A DNA stretch of 64,000 bases from Oopsacas minuta (GCA_024704765.1 JAKMXF010000022.1:573055-637054), one strand, 5' to 3'; positions 48,201 to 59,215 are shown, counted from the stretch's first letter. Translations and numbers: made by a program. Notes: generated from the sequence alone by a model not told the origin.

Positions 48201-49892
48201 CTACAGACTGAACATGTCATCAGGTGTGGCAACCTTTTCCTTACTCTTTTTAGCTTTACTACTACCGGCAGATTTAGTGTATGGAGCATTAACTCTCTCT
48301 TCTAGAAATTTATCAAAATCCTCTGAAGTTGTTTGTGAGTCAGGCTTAGCATCAGTAGTAGTTAGATTAGTAGCAGCCAGCCATTCACTGATACCATGTG
48401 CATCTTCTGGAGACATAGAGCGAGGATGTAGTGCTTTAGTAATAGAGGTAGAAGGCTGTGTAGCTGTGTCACTGTAGGAAGTATTAGTAAATTCAGTGCC
48501 ATAAGTATTCTGACGACTCTTTGCGAATATGTCGAACTCATCTAGTTCTGTATTTTGAGCAGGGGGTTGGGCAGCTGCTACCTGTGGAGAGGCTATAGGG
48601 ATGACAGGAGTAGCATCTACACCTGAACTAGTAGTACCGAAGTCTAGGAGTAGGAGCTCAGCTATTGGATCAGAGACAGCTGGTGTGGTAACAGCTGGTG
48701 GAGAGACAGCTGGTGTAGCAACAGCTGGTGCTGTAACAGCTGGCACAGGAGGCTTAGTGGCAGGGCTAGAGAAGTCAGGGGTTGAGCTGTCCAGCTGAGG
48801 ATCAGGAGTTGAAGTAGAAAGGGTAGGGTAGGAGATACCCGTATCAGCTGTAGGATCCTCAGGAATGTGGATAGGTCTCTGAGTACTTTCTGGGTTACTA
48901 GCAGCTTGAGTTTGTCTCAGATAACGCTCATGACGTGTAAACACATTATTAATGTCATCATTTAGCTGTAGGAGTCTTCCTGTTATCTCTTCTGTATTGG
49001 GAGAGTTCAACAGCTCCATTAATCGTGTCTGCATTTTCTGAATAGTATCTTTAAGAGTTTGTATAAAGTCTATGTCATTCTGTCTTTCCTGTCCCGGTAT
49101 GCTATTCAGCATCAGGTCAGATAGCACTTGTACATTAGTCTCTACTATGTCAGCCTCAGAGAGTATCTTAGCCATCTGCTCACCTGTTAGAGGACGTGGA
49201 GGCATGCTGGTAGCATGCTGGGGAGCGTATGTAGGTCTTTGCGGCTGCTGAGGACGGACTTGTTGGGTGTGGTAGGTCTGTTGAGGAGGAGGAGGAGCTT
49301 GAATAGGCATCTGTTGTCTCGAATAAGAAGCACCGGACTGAGGGAATGGAAGGTTCTGTTGGGTAGAGGGAGGAGGGGAACTTCCTGATTGTCTAGAGGG
49401 CGGAGTACGTACTGGTACCATATCGTCTAAGTTAACAGCTGGGAACTCAACACCGTTACTCTTCAGCTGATCATAAATCTCAGCTGCAACTCCCATATCT
49501 TCTTTACCACGATAAGTATCTGCCCAGCTTTGTATTAGCAAGAGACTCTTCTCTCGTACAGCATTGTGTGTTGATTTACCGGTTTGAGCTAACTTAGCAA
49601 TTTCAAGGACAAAATCCTTGGTGATTATGTGGCGATGGAAACGCTTCTGTCCATTCTTTATGCACATATCAAGTATAGCTAAGCACTGCAACACCAGTCC
49701 AGTATCCTTGCTGGAAAATAAGATCTTCTTGAAAGCAGCTTTCGCTTCTTTAGGACCATTGTCCGTGTCATTGATGATATCACACATCTCCATAACTAGT
49801 GGGTAGTCAATAGAGGATTGTCCGTGACTGACAGCTGTATTCAGACGCTGACCTACTGGGGTGGATAGCGGATTCTTGAAAACTGACGTCAT
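48201..49892 (-). CDS. TOM1: TOM1/TOM1L2-family ESCRT-0-like adaptor (VHS + GAT), intronless
   Basis: FKNPLSTPVGQR, CDIIN.TDNGPKEA, CIKNGQKRFH, LIQSWADTY, GVEFP (VHS); KILSEADIVETNVQVLSDLM...LLQLNDDINNVFTRHERY (GAT); EFDIFAKSRQ; C-terminal DDMFSL. Confidence 0.9.
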   Translation of the reverse strand: MTSVFKNPLSTPVGQRLNTAVSHGQSSIDYPLVMEMCDIINDTDNGPKEAKAAFKKILFSSKDTGLVLQCLAILDMCIKNGQKRFHRHIITKDFVLEIAKLAQTGKSTHNAVREKSLLLIQSWADTYRGKEDMGVAAEIYDQLKSNGVEFPAVNLDDMVPVRTPPSRQSGSSPPPSTQQNLPFPQSGASYSRQQMPIQAPPPPQQTYHTQQVRPQQPQRPTYAPQHATSMPPRPLTGEQMAKILSEADIVETNVQVLSDLMLNSIPGQERQNDIDFIQTLKDTIQKMQTRLMELLNSPNTEEITGRLLQLNDDINNVFTRHERYLRQTQAASNPESTQRPIHIPEDPTADTGISYPTLSTSTPDPQLDSSTPDFSSPATKPPVPAVTAPAVATPAVSPPAVTTPAVSDPIAELLLLDFGTTSSGVDATPVIPIASPQVAAAQPPAQNTELDEFDIFAKSRQNTYGTEFTNTSYSDTATQPSTSITKALHPRSMSPEDAHGISEWLAATNLTTTDAKPDSQTTSEDFDKFLEERVNAPYTKSAGSSKAKKSKEKVATPDDMFSL

Positions 49893-50639
49893 CTTAGCAA
49901 TTGTTAATCTTTGTATTTGAGAATTAGTACTAAAATCAAAAGTAATTACAGTACGTATACCCTCTCTAATCCGATTAGCCTGATACTAATGAAAATAGGA
50001 TCATGCCAAAAGCAATTTCGTACGGATTAGTGAATATATACGTAATTACAAATGTTGAAAAGGCTACAAACATTAAATATAACCTGCAGCAGAATGGGAT
50101 ATAATTAGGTATTTTTGAACTTTTACCATCTCTTAAGCCTTATTCAGATTATCAGATGAATCATGGCCAATCGAGCTTAGATAAATGTAATAGCCTTAAA
50201 CTTTAAGAAAACGAAAAAAGTAGCAATAAGCAGAATCCATGTACGTAATATTATATAATTAATTTGTGAGTGTTACTCAGATTCTGACATTCATGAGATT
50301 TCTAGAAGTTAGAGAAATCTATCTACTTAGACTACTCACTATTCGTAGCTATAATGGGTTCAATACCCAAAATTATTCAATATATCCACTTATTAACCTA
50401 TGATTCAAATTTTCCCTGATTTCAAGAAAAATTGCATCGATGTAAGAATTTAATTCGGGAATTGTTTGTTTGGACAACAGTTCACATCAGTCTCGAACAT
50501 TAGCAAATTTGAATGAATTTCCATTCCCTAACAACGTAAATTTCCTTATTCTATTGCCCGTTATCTCAAACGGGTTATGATTACCCAGAGAGCTCGAGAT
50601 ACCGGATATCAATATCAACCGTATTAGTATTTAACCATT

Positions 50640-50975
50640 AGCTAAGGTAATAGTCGATCGTGTTAAACAAGATCGCGATCCCGATCAAGATGCTTTTTCC
50701 GATCGATTGTGTAATATTCAAGACATATATTTTTGATAGTTACATCATTTCTTAGGCCAAAAGAAACTTAGATGGAGAATCAACGCATTCTACGAACGAA
50801 TATTATTGAGCACTCAAAGTATACAAAAATGATCGAAAATTTTTGTGCAAAATAGGATCGCGATCTTACATCCGATCTTTAATAAAACAATGATCGCCGA
50901 TCGTCTCCAGATCGTCAAAAAAGTATCGCGATCGTGATCGAGCGATCAATGATCATACGATCCTAATGCCCTAAC
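50640..50975. repeat. GATC/CGATCG-dense interspersed element (probable degenerate MITE)
   Basis: Roughly 17 GATC sites in ~330 bp, ending GATCCTAATGCCCTA. Confidence 0.55.
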
Positions 50976-51119
50976 ATTAGCGAAAATTATAGGTATGCAC
51001 AATGCTCAATTCTCATTTATTCCGAACAAATACCAGTAAGTGTAGTCCAAAAATCAGAATTCCTGAATTTAGATGAATTCCCTGTATCCCTGATTGCAAG
51101 TTTAACCAGGGATGATAAT

Positions 51120-51932
51120 TCAATTCTTCTTCTGCTTCTTATCTTTACTAGAACTGCGATGTTTGGACTTAGAATTAGAAGGTTTAGGTGCATGCACTGA
51201 ACTAGCTAACCTCTTGTGGTCAGAACTCTCTGATTTGCTTCTTGAACTTTCCCCTGAATATTTATGAGACACTTTCTTAGGTGATTTATCAGATTTCTTC
51301 CTAGAAGGTGAACTCCTACTGGAAGATTCTCTAGCTCTCTTCTCTTGAGTACTCTTGTGTCTTTGAGGGTCACTGGAGTGTGAACTGGTTCGTTTAGGGG
51401 AGCTACTCTTTGGTTTCTCGATTTTATAAGCTGGAGAACGCGAACGATCCCTAAATTTATCATGAGTTTGTTTTGGAGAATGCCTCCAAGAGGGAGAGTC
51501 ACTCCTTTTGGATTTAGGCATTGTTTTGTAAACAGGAATAGTACATTGTGTAGGATCGGCTAGACACGTGATGATAGCTGTCAAATGATTCTCTGGCATT
51601 TCTTTAAGCTGCATATAACAGAGTTTCATCACTTCTTTCGGCTTCAATTCCCTAAAACTCTCTGGTAGCATAGCCTTTATTTCATGTGGTGCTAATATCG
51701 AGAATATTTCTTTGATTAGTTCACGACGGTTACGTATCATCGTAGCGAGGGAGTGTTCAAATATTTCATGAATGTTGAGGTCATCAATCGTGATATGATA
51801 GACAATCTTCTCTTCTTGTAGAGCTTGTGAAGGGTCCATGGGTCTTGGAGGGGTGGGAGGAGCTTTTCCTGGAATTAGGGAATCAGTAGCTGTCGCTTTA
51901 TTCAGTGCATCTATCAGTATTTTCCTTTGCAT
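51120..51932 (-). CDS. CAAP1: CAAP1-like protein with a Ser/Lys/Arg-rich C-terminal tail
   Basis: RELIKEIFSIL...IKAMLPESFR...EVMKLCYMQLKEMPENHLTAI matches the CAAP1 conserved domain pattern. Confidence 0.7.
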   Translation of the reverse strand: MQRKILIDALNKATATDSLIPGKAPPTPPRPMDPSQALQEEKIVYHITIDDLNIHEIFEHSLATMIRNRRELIKEIFSILAPHEIKAMLPESFRELKPKEVMKLCYMQLKEMPENHLTAIITCLADPTQCTIPVYKTMPKSKRSDSPSWRHSPKQTHDKFRDRSRSPAYKIEKPKSSSPKRTSSHSSDPQRHKSTQEKRARESSSRSSPSRKKSDKSPKKVSHKYSGESSRSKSESSDHKRLASSVHAPKPSNSKSKHRSSSKDKKQKKN

Positions 51933-52221
51933 AATTTCTAAGTTCAATTTTTTACAGATTATTAGATATCAGAGTTCAGAAAATTAAAGTTATTCTTAAC
52001 TGAAAATTATAATTTAAAACAATTTTATTGTATAAGACTTCTATGAAATTTGCGATGACCGAAGCCTCCGTTGAAATATTACAGAGATAGTGTAGTCTAC
52101 CCAAAAGGGGAACCAGAACCTGCACACGAGTATTAATTATATTTTTGCATAACAGAAGGTTTATGCTATAAAAATGATATAATCATACTAATCTATATTC
52201 ATAACCTGTCCTAGCATGATA

Positions 52222-53355
52222 TTATTGATATATTTTCTTATTTGCAGCAATAGTTCTTGGCCAGGTTCCATCAAAATTCTGTACTTCAATAAGTACGCAT
52301 TGTCTGTCAAATAATCCAATATCCTGAGCTTCTAAACTCAGATCTTTAATAAGTTCATAATGATATGTCATATATCTGTTGTAAATGCGTGTTTGTTTGC
52401 CAGTATCAATATTGAATAATTCTCTAATCTTATTCTCTAGTGTATGTATAGTATCACATCGTGATATAGTGGTAATTATAAAATCAGACTCTTTAGGGTA
52501 GAGACAGGATTTCAGTTCAAGAGGGTATACTTCTATTTTACATTGTTTTACAAATTTCCCAACCTCTACCACTTGCCTCCTGATACTCATAGATCCCTCA
52601 CTAATCCCATACCATGACAGCAGTTTATACCAAGCTTCTTTAGGTACTAATTTGTAATCAATCTCATCTTCTTGATGTCTCCTTAACTTATCCTGATCTA
52701 ATAAACTTGTGTTATCAATAGGACCTGGTTTAACTTCTTCCATTCCTGCACTAGACTTGTCCCATTTATCATAACCTACGTAATGCTTCCATTGTTTGTA
52801 CCATCTAATGTGAATTAAATACCAGTATTGTCCTTTCTGTAATTCCTTACTTAGAAGAGAATGAATTTCATTGTTTTGTTGTTCATGATAAGGAGGTGAT
52901 ACACGTTTGAAAAACATTTGCTTTTTGGTATTGTATTCTAAAATACAGGTAATTTGGTTAGGAAGGATTGTTACACTTCCTATATTGCTAATCTCAGTGT
53001 ACAGATTCTGAGGAAACCAATCGAATTGTACTATCGTCTCTTGATTTTCCAGGTTCACTATCTTTTCCTTGATAGGTCTAGCTGATTCATCTCCAGTCTC
53101 CTGAAGAGAGTTTGATGACAAACTAGCTAGTAGTAACTCTAATGCATATTTGAGCTGATTTTTATCTGCAGTAATACTCTTGTTATGAGCTCTACACTCA
53201 TTAAGCTTCTCTTCAAACTGTAGAGACAGCTTAGCTTCTCTCTCATTCAGTCTCCGTCTAGCTTCTGAAAAACAGAGAGATATTCTATCTCTCTGCTCTC
53301 TAGCGTACTCTTCTAGCTCAAAGTCTACGTCAATAGACACATCTGCTGTAGCCAT
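52222..53355 (-). CDS. Coiled-coil + DUSP + UBL protein (USP4/USP15 N-terminus without catalytic domain), copy 1, 377 aa
   Basis: LQKGQYWYLIHIRWYKQWKHYVGYDKWD...PGPIDNTSLL...DYKLVP.EAWYKLLSWY...KIEVYPLELK...DGTWPR aligns to the USP15 DUSP-UBL; stop 10 codons after WPR. Confidence 0.85.
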   Translation of the reverse strand: MATADVSIDVDFELEEYAREQRDRISLCFSEARRRLNEREAKLSLQFEEKLNECRAHNKSITADKNQLKYALELLLASLSSNSLQETGDESARPIKEKIVNLENQETIVQFDWFPQNLYTEISNIGSVTILPNQITCILEYNTKKQMFFKRVSPPYHEQQNNEIHSLLSKELQKGQYWYLIHIRWYKQWKHYVGYDKWDKSSAGMEEVKPGPIDNTSLLDQDKLRRHQEDEIDYKLVPKEAWYKLLSWYGISEGSMSIRRQVVEVGKFVKQCKIEVYPLELKSCLYPKESDFIITTISRCDTIHTLENKIRELFNIDTGKQTRIYNRYMTYHYELIKDLSLEAQDIGLFDRQCVLIEVQNFDGTWPRTIAANKKIYQ

Positions 53356-53412
53356 TAGTGCTGTGATATGAAAGTTCTTTATATAATTAATGAATAATTA
53401 ACACAATCTAAC

Positions 53413-54031
53413 GGATCTGTATATTTTGATCGAATTTTTTGTAGAACTTTGATCGAATGATGAAAAAGGCAAATTTTGATTAAAGTTCTATTAAAATGTC
53501 TCCAGTCGAACTTTGATCGAAAAATTGTAGAATTTTGATCGAAAATGACAACTTTGATCAAAATGGGGAGAATATAACAAAAAAATCCAACGATACGCCA
53601 TTTTACAAAGATTAATAATAATCAATCCAAAAAACTCCATCCAATCATAAAATTGGCATAAATTCCACACTCCCGTACTTTAGTAGCTAATAACGAACAC
53701 AAATAAATACTCCCAGAGCCATAAGGTAGCGAAATAAATCCCTAATCCCCTCCAAATGGTATTCTTTCTAACTAATAAAATATAAAGTGAGTGTGAAATT
53801 TATGCTAATTTTATGATTGGATGGAGTTTGTTGGATTGATTATTATTAATCTTTGTAAATGGCGTATCGTTGGATTTTTTTGTTGTATTTTCTCCATTTT
53901 CGATCAAAGTTCGACTGGAGACATTTTAGTAGAACTTTGATCAAAATTTGCCTTTTTCATCATTCGATCAAAGTTCGACATAAGAAATTTTGATCAAAGT
54001 TCTACATAAGATTCTATCAAAATATACAGAT
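53413..54031. mobile_element. Mutator/foldback-like non-autonomous element, 619 bp, ~250-bp inverted arms, 10-bp TSD
   Basis: ACAATCTAAC duplicated at 53403-53412 and 54032-54041; ends ATCTGTATATTTTGAT / ATCAAAATATACAGAT; arms carry tandem TTTGATCGAA motifs. Confidence 0.85.
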
Positions 54032-54297
54032 ACAATCTAACAATCTTAACAAAATTGATTACTCACCACTGAGTTGCAATGCAATCTGTAACAATTTTCC
54101 TACGAAATATAAACTGAAAGATATAGAGCATTTAATAAATGCAACGAATACGCTTAGTTGTGAATTCCTTAGGCACGCATATATGAATAGGTTGTCGAGG
54201 CATCGGATGCCTTTAAATAGTCGGGGAATTAAATGAAAATTTATCGAGGAATTCCTCGCCCCCAACAATTAACGATGTTTCTGGAAATTGTTAATTA

Positions 54298-54670
54298 CAG
54301 TGCAACCTTTATAACTGGGGTCTCTATAAGCGGGGAATGGGGAATACTTTAGAGAAAATTATGCCTCACACCATCGAAATTTACCTCTATAAGTGGGGAA
54401 GTCTATGAAAAATCTTCTTGAATAATCAATTTTGTGCTAATTTATCGCTATGATGAATTGAAATTTTGGGTTCCTCAGAAGAAAAATTGTTACAAATTTG
54501 AATATTTAACCAAAAAGCTTAGGACATATTATATTAATCAAATCGTTTAAATAACAGTCATGGGGGAAGTAGTTAAAAGACGTTTACATTTTAAATTATA
54601 AATGGGGAGTGGGGGGAGGTTATCAGGTGAATCGCCGGCCTGACCTCCCTTACTTACAGAGGTTCTACTG
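54298..54670. mobile_element. MITE (pogo/Tigger-like), 373 bp
   Basis: TA-CAGTGCAACCTTTATAA ... TTACAGAGGTTCTACTG-TA; internal TATAAG(C/T)GGGGAA repeats. Confidence 0.65.
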
Positions 54671-55112
54671 TATTGCTATTTAAAGAAAGGCTATTTGGGT
54701 AGAAAGGATCTTCATCGAAATAGTGAAAGAATAAGGGTTAATCTTTGTATTTGTGCATTTTACTACACTATTACTATAGTTATTTGGAATTTTGGCTTGC
54801 ATTAGTGTCTATCTATTGTCCGGACTTCTTGGCCACTCTATGATTGTTACGAGGTGGATTTTGAAGCGTTATTGGCTGTGGTGGAATGATTTTTTTCGAA
54901 TTAGTTTTGTCGAGGAATTGAATATTTGCATTTTATTTTGTCGGGGAATTGCAGACCTATTTTTATAGAGGGATTGCATGCGTGCTATTAAATTTCCAAA
55001 TTCGAGTGCCGACCATCAATTCCTGTTGCGGAGCGCCAGCGCGCTCGTAGATATAACTTCCCGAATAACTACATTTCAAGATTTATATAAACCTTGTATT
55101 TGATATTTGAAG

Positions 55113-57080
55113 ATGAACGATATTAATCTGGAGCCATCTAGCGATAAAGCGAACGATAAAAGTAATGCTAACTCTACAACAGATCATCCTTCAGTTTCCA
55201 ATGAAGAAAAAGAACAATCTGGATACTATGATGGTAAATGCGGTATCTACAAGTGTTCTCCAAAATGGTTTCAAATATTCAACAGTCCAATAGTTCTTCT
55301 GATTTCTCTCTCTTGTTTTCTTGTTCTTGAGGGGTCTGTCGCTACAGGATTTATTGCTGTTGCACTCTCCAGCATTGAACGTCGTTACAACTTTTCTAGC
55401 TCACTCGCTGCATTTGCTGTCGTATCCTACGAATTGGGAGTTATACTGGGGCTTCCATTTACCAGCTACATTGGTGGAAGAAGCCACAAGCCTCGAGTGT
55501 TAGGAATATCTCTCTTTATATTGGGAGTAGGTAGTTTGATATTCGCATCACCCCAATACTTTAGTGGTGCATACAGTTTCAATTCTACTACTGCGGACAT
55601 TTGTACTAACTCGTCTATGTTTCAACCTAACTGTGGTTCCCCGCTCATATATTTCTATCCCCTCTTCGTTCTCGGTAACTTGATAATCGGAATTGGGTCT
55701 AGCAGCTTATTTACAGTAGGTATTGGATTCATAGATGATAGCACTCACCCAAGGTATTCTTCCATATACCTCAGTGTGTTTCAGATGGTTGGCATTATTG
55801 GTCCAGCTTTAGGATTCGGTTTGGGTGGATTGTTCTTATCCATCTTCGTAGATCCATTCACGCCAACTACGCTGAGTAGTTCAGACCCTCAATTTGTAGG
55901 TGGTTGGTGGATTGGATTCGTGCTCACAGGAGTTTTGAGCATATTATTGTCTTTCCAATTCTTCCTCTACCCCCGACGTCTCAAAGGTTCTAAAGAGTAC
56001 GACGAGTTAAGGAAGGAACAACAGCCAATACAAAACCAAGGTGTTGCATTCGATAAGGACCATAACATAACAATCCTTACATTAATCAAAGAATACCCAT
56101 TCTACGTGATCAGGATCCTCAAAAACTTAACTTTTCTATTTATTACTATTGGAATTGCCATCGGTGCGTTTGTCGTGGGAGGTCTAGTAGCATTCATGGC
56201 TAAATATATGGAAATTCAATTCTCACTGTCACCCAGCATAGCTTCCTACATAATTGGTGCAACAATTATTCCTGCTACTTCTATTGGGATATTCTTAGGC
56301 GGAATTACTTTATTCTTCTTTAAAAAGATAACAGTAGAAAAATTGGCTCTAATGGTTTTGATTCTGAGTTTGGTTGAAGTGTTCACTCCTCCAATATTAT
56401 TAATTAGCTGTGCCAAACCTCGAATTGCTGGGGTCAATGTTAACTATGAAAACTCTACATCAAGAACGAACTTTAGAGTTCGCGAACTGAACGTTAGTTG
56501 CTTTTCCAACTGCGAATGTAGATCTAACTTTTTCCAGCCAGTTTGCTCAGAGGGTGTGACGTATTTCTCTCCTTGTGTTGCTGGTTGTCCCAAGCAAGCC
56601 AAGTCAAACGGTACCTTTGCAAGATGCTCTTGTCTCGCCAATGGATCCCTAGCAACAGATGGAAAATGTACTGATGACTGCACTGTTACAATAGTTATTG
56701 TCTGCTTACTGCTGTTTATTGGGATCGTATTATTATTCTCTAATAACATTCCTTTCCTCAAACTGACCTTGAGAAGTGTAGCTGATAAAGACAGGACTGT
56801 TGCTTTAGGGATCCAATCATTGATAGTCCGAATATTTGGTAATATGCCTGGTCCGTTAGCCCTTGGTGGTATTTTCGATTTGAACTGTATTCTCTGGCAA
56901 GAAACCGCATGTGGTACACGAGGTGCTTGTTTGGAATATAATACGGACTCTCTGAGGTATTCTGTTGTCGCATTTTTGTTGGCTGGAGTCGTGCTAAACA
57001 ATTTATTTTTCCTTTTGGCCTGGATCTCATGGAAATATAGAAAAATTGAAGAAGACAATGAAAATACTAATGAAAAGTAA
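55113..57080 (+). CDS. Organic anion transporting polypeptide (OATP/SLCO, SLCO4-like), intronless
   Basis: IERRYNFSS, YIGGRSHKPRVLG, GIGFIDD, GPALGFGLGG, OATP signature FVGGWWIGF, Kazal-like CECRSNFFQPVCSEGVTYFSPCVAGC, PGPLALGGIFDLNCILWQ.CG.RGACLEY. Confidence 0.96.
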   Translation: MNDINLEPSSDKANDKSNANSTTDHPSVSNEEKEQSGYYDGKCGIYKCSPKWFQIFNSPIVLLISLSCFLVLEGSVATGFIAVALSSIERRYNFSSSLAAFAVVSYELGVILGLPFTSYIGGRSHKPRVLGISLFILGVGSLIFASPQYFSGAYSFNSTTADICTNSSMFQPNCGSPLIYFYPLFVLGNLIIGIGSSSLFTVGIGFIDDSTHPRYSSIYLSVFQMVGIIGPALGFGLGGLFLSIFVDPFTPTTLSSSDPQFVGGWWIGFVLTGVLSILLSFQFFLYPRRLKGSKEYDELRKEQQPIQNQGVAFDKDHNITILTLIKEYPFYVIRILKNLTFLFITIGIAIGAFVVGGLVAFMAKYMEIQFSLSPSIASYIIGATIIPATSIGIFLGGITLFFFKKITVEKLALMVLILSLVEVFTPPILLISCAKPRIAGVNVNYENSTSRTNFRVRELNVSCFSNCECRSNFFQPVCSEGVTYFSPCVAGCPKQAKSNGTFARCSCLANGSLATDGKCTDDCTVTIVIVCLLLFIGIVLLFSNNIPFLKLTLRSVADKDRTVALGIQSLIVRIFGNMPGPLALGGIFDLNCILWQETACGTRGACLEYNTDSLRYSVVAFLLAGVVLNNLFFLLAWISWKYRKIEEDNENTNEK

Positions 57081-57458
57081 ATTATGTAATTTGAGTGTGC
57101 ATTATTTTGTAACTTATCTACTTGCCTGAGGTTGTAATACTTTCGTTTTGTCAGATTATACCTGTTTCATTGGAATTAATTTCTTTGAGCTATAAGAAAA
57201 ACTATTAACTCATGGAATCGCTGGGTCCTACCGTACTAGAGTGGAATCTGCTTCGGTGCTAATTGCAAGGTACGCAATATGTGAAGAAGTCCAGGCAAAT
57301 GGGAGCTCCTTCATTAAATATCCTTAATAATAATTTCATTACATTAACATTATTGCAGGTAATTCATAGGAAAATATATTCACGCATAACAGAAGGTTTA
57401 TGCTACAATAATGATATAATCATACTAATCTATATTCATAACCTGTCCTAGCATGATA

Positions 57459-58610
57459 TTATTGATATATTTTCTTATTTGCAGCAATAGTTCTTGGCCA
57501 GGTTCCATCAAAATTCTGTACTTCAATAAGTACGCATTGTCCGTCAAATAATCCAATATCCTGAGCTTCTAAACTCAGATCTTTAATAAGTTCATAAGTA
57601 TGTGTCATATATCTGTTGTAAATACGTGTTTGTTTGCTAGTATCAATATTGAATAATTCTCTAATCTTATTCTCTAGTGTATGTATAATATCACATCGTG
57701 ATATAGTGACAATTTTAATATCAGACTCTTTAGGGTAGAGACAGGATTTCAGTTCAAGAGGGTATACTTCTACTTTACATTGTTGTACAAATTTCCCATA
57801 CTCTATCACTTGCCTCCTGATACTCATAGATCCCTCAATAATCCCATACCATGACAGCAGTTTATACCAAGCTTCTTCAGGTACTAATTTGTAATCAATC
57901 TCATCTACTTGATGTCTCCTTAACTTATCCTGATCTAATAAACTTGTGTTATCAATAGGACCTGGTTTAACTTCTTCCATTCCTGCACTAGACTTGTCCC
58001 ATTTATCATAACCTACGTAACGCTTCCATTGTTTGTACCATCTAATGTGAATTAAATACCAGTATTGTCCTTTCTGTAATTCCTTACTTAGAAGAGATTG
58101 AATTTCATATTTTTGTTGTTCATGATAAGGAGGTGTTACACGTTTGAAAAACATTTGGTTTTTGGTATTGTATTCTAAAATACAGGTAATTTGGTTAGGA
58201 GCAGGGATTGTTACACTTCCTATATTGCTAATCTCAGTGTACAGATTCTGAGGAAACCAATCGAATTGTACTCTCGTCTCTTGATTTTCCAGGTTCACTA
58301 TCTTTTCCTTGATAGGTCTAGCTGATTCATCTCCAGTCTCCTGAAGAGAGTTTGATGACAAACTAGCTAGTAGTAACTCTAATGCATATTTGAGCTGATT
58401 TTTATCTACAGTAATACTCTTGTTATGAGCTCTACACTTATTAAGCTTCTCTTCAAACTGTAGAGACAGCTTTGCTTCTCTCTCATTCAGTCTCCGTCTA
58501 GCTTTTGAGAAACAGAGAGATATTCTATCTCTCTGCTCTCTAGCGTACTCTTCTAGCTCAAAGTCTACGTCAATAGACACATCTGCTGTAGCCATTAGTG
58601 CTGTAGCCAT
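57459..58610 (-). CDS. Coiled-coil + DUSP + UBL protein, copy 2, 383 aa
   Basis: Direct duplicate of 52222-53355 with a 15-bp tandem duplication at the start (MATAL-MATAD) and a one-codon insertion (TIPAPN vs TILPN). Confidence 0.85.
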   Translation of the reverse strand: MATALMATADVSIDVDFELEEYAREQRDRISLCFSKARRRLNEREAKLSLQFEEKLNKCRAHNKSITVDKNQLKYALELLLASLSSNSLQETGDESARPIKEKIVNLENQETRVQFDWFPQNLYTEISNIGSVTIPAPNQITCILEYNTKNQMFFKRVTPPYHEQQKYEIQSLLSKELQKGQYWYLIHIRWYKQWKRYVGYDKWDKSSAGMEEVKPGPIDNTSLLDQDKLRRHQVDEIDYKLVPEEAWYKLLSWYGIIEGSMSIRRQVIEYGKFVQQCKVEVYPLELKSCLYPKESDIKIVTISRCDIIHTLENKIRELFNIDTSKQTRIYNRYMTHTYELIKDLSLEAQDIGLFDGQCVLIEVQNFDGTWPRTIAANKKIYQ

Positions 58611-58749
58611 TAGTGCTGTGATATGAAAGTTATTTATATTAATAGCAAACTTGTATGTGTAAATATAATTAATTAACAATTTTATAGTATCACTGCTACA
58701 AATGAATAACAACTAACAAGTACCACTTTTAAATAATTTCTTTTTAATA

Positions 58750-59215
58750 AATAACGAGCCTTTGGCTCATCGCTTCGCGATGAACTCAGCGCATTGCACC
58801 TCGAGTTATCCATTATTATCCAAATTGACGGCCCCTTTGAGTATTATAACATAGATATATTTAGAACAATGTAATTCACAAATATACGTATATGGCATAT
58901 ATATTATTGAATTATTTTGTAAGATCAACTCCCTTTGTAGCCGTTGAGAGCAAGTATCTACGTAATCTTGAGATTTGGATAATTTGTTTACTTTATATTC
59001 ATAAAAACAACAATAAATTTACATATTATTAATCCAAAAGTGCGAAAATTGGATTTAGCATGTTCGATATATTTTGTGAAGTTTTATTGAATTCTATTTA
59101 CTTCCTTGATAAACACGATAAATACATAGTTATGCGACAAATTCAAAATTACATACCGTAAATCCTTTCCTTGACAACGGACAAATAAACATAAAGACAG
59201 ACAACAATTGAGATT
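58750..59215 (+). repeat. Dispersed ~460-bp repeat, copy 3, with terminal tandem hairpins
   Basis: Starts GAGCC-TTT-GGCTC and CATCGC-TTC-GCGATG; homologous to 3105-3525 (inverted) and 4850-5100. Confidence 0.8.
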
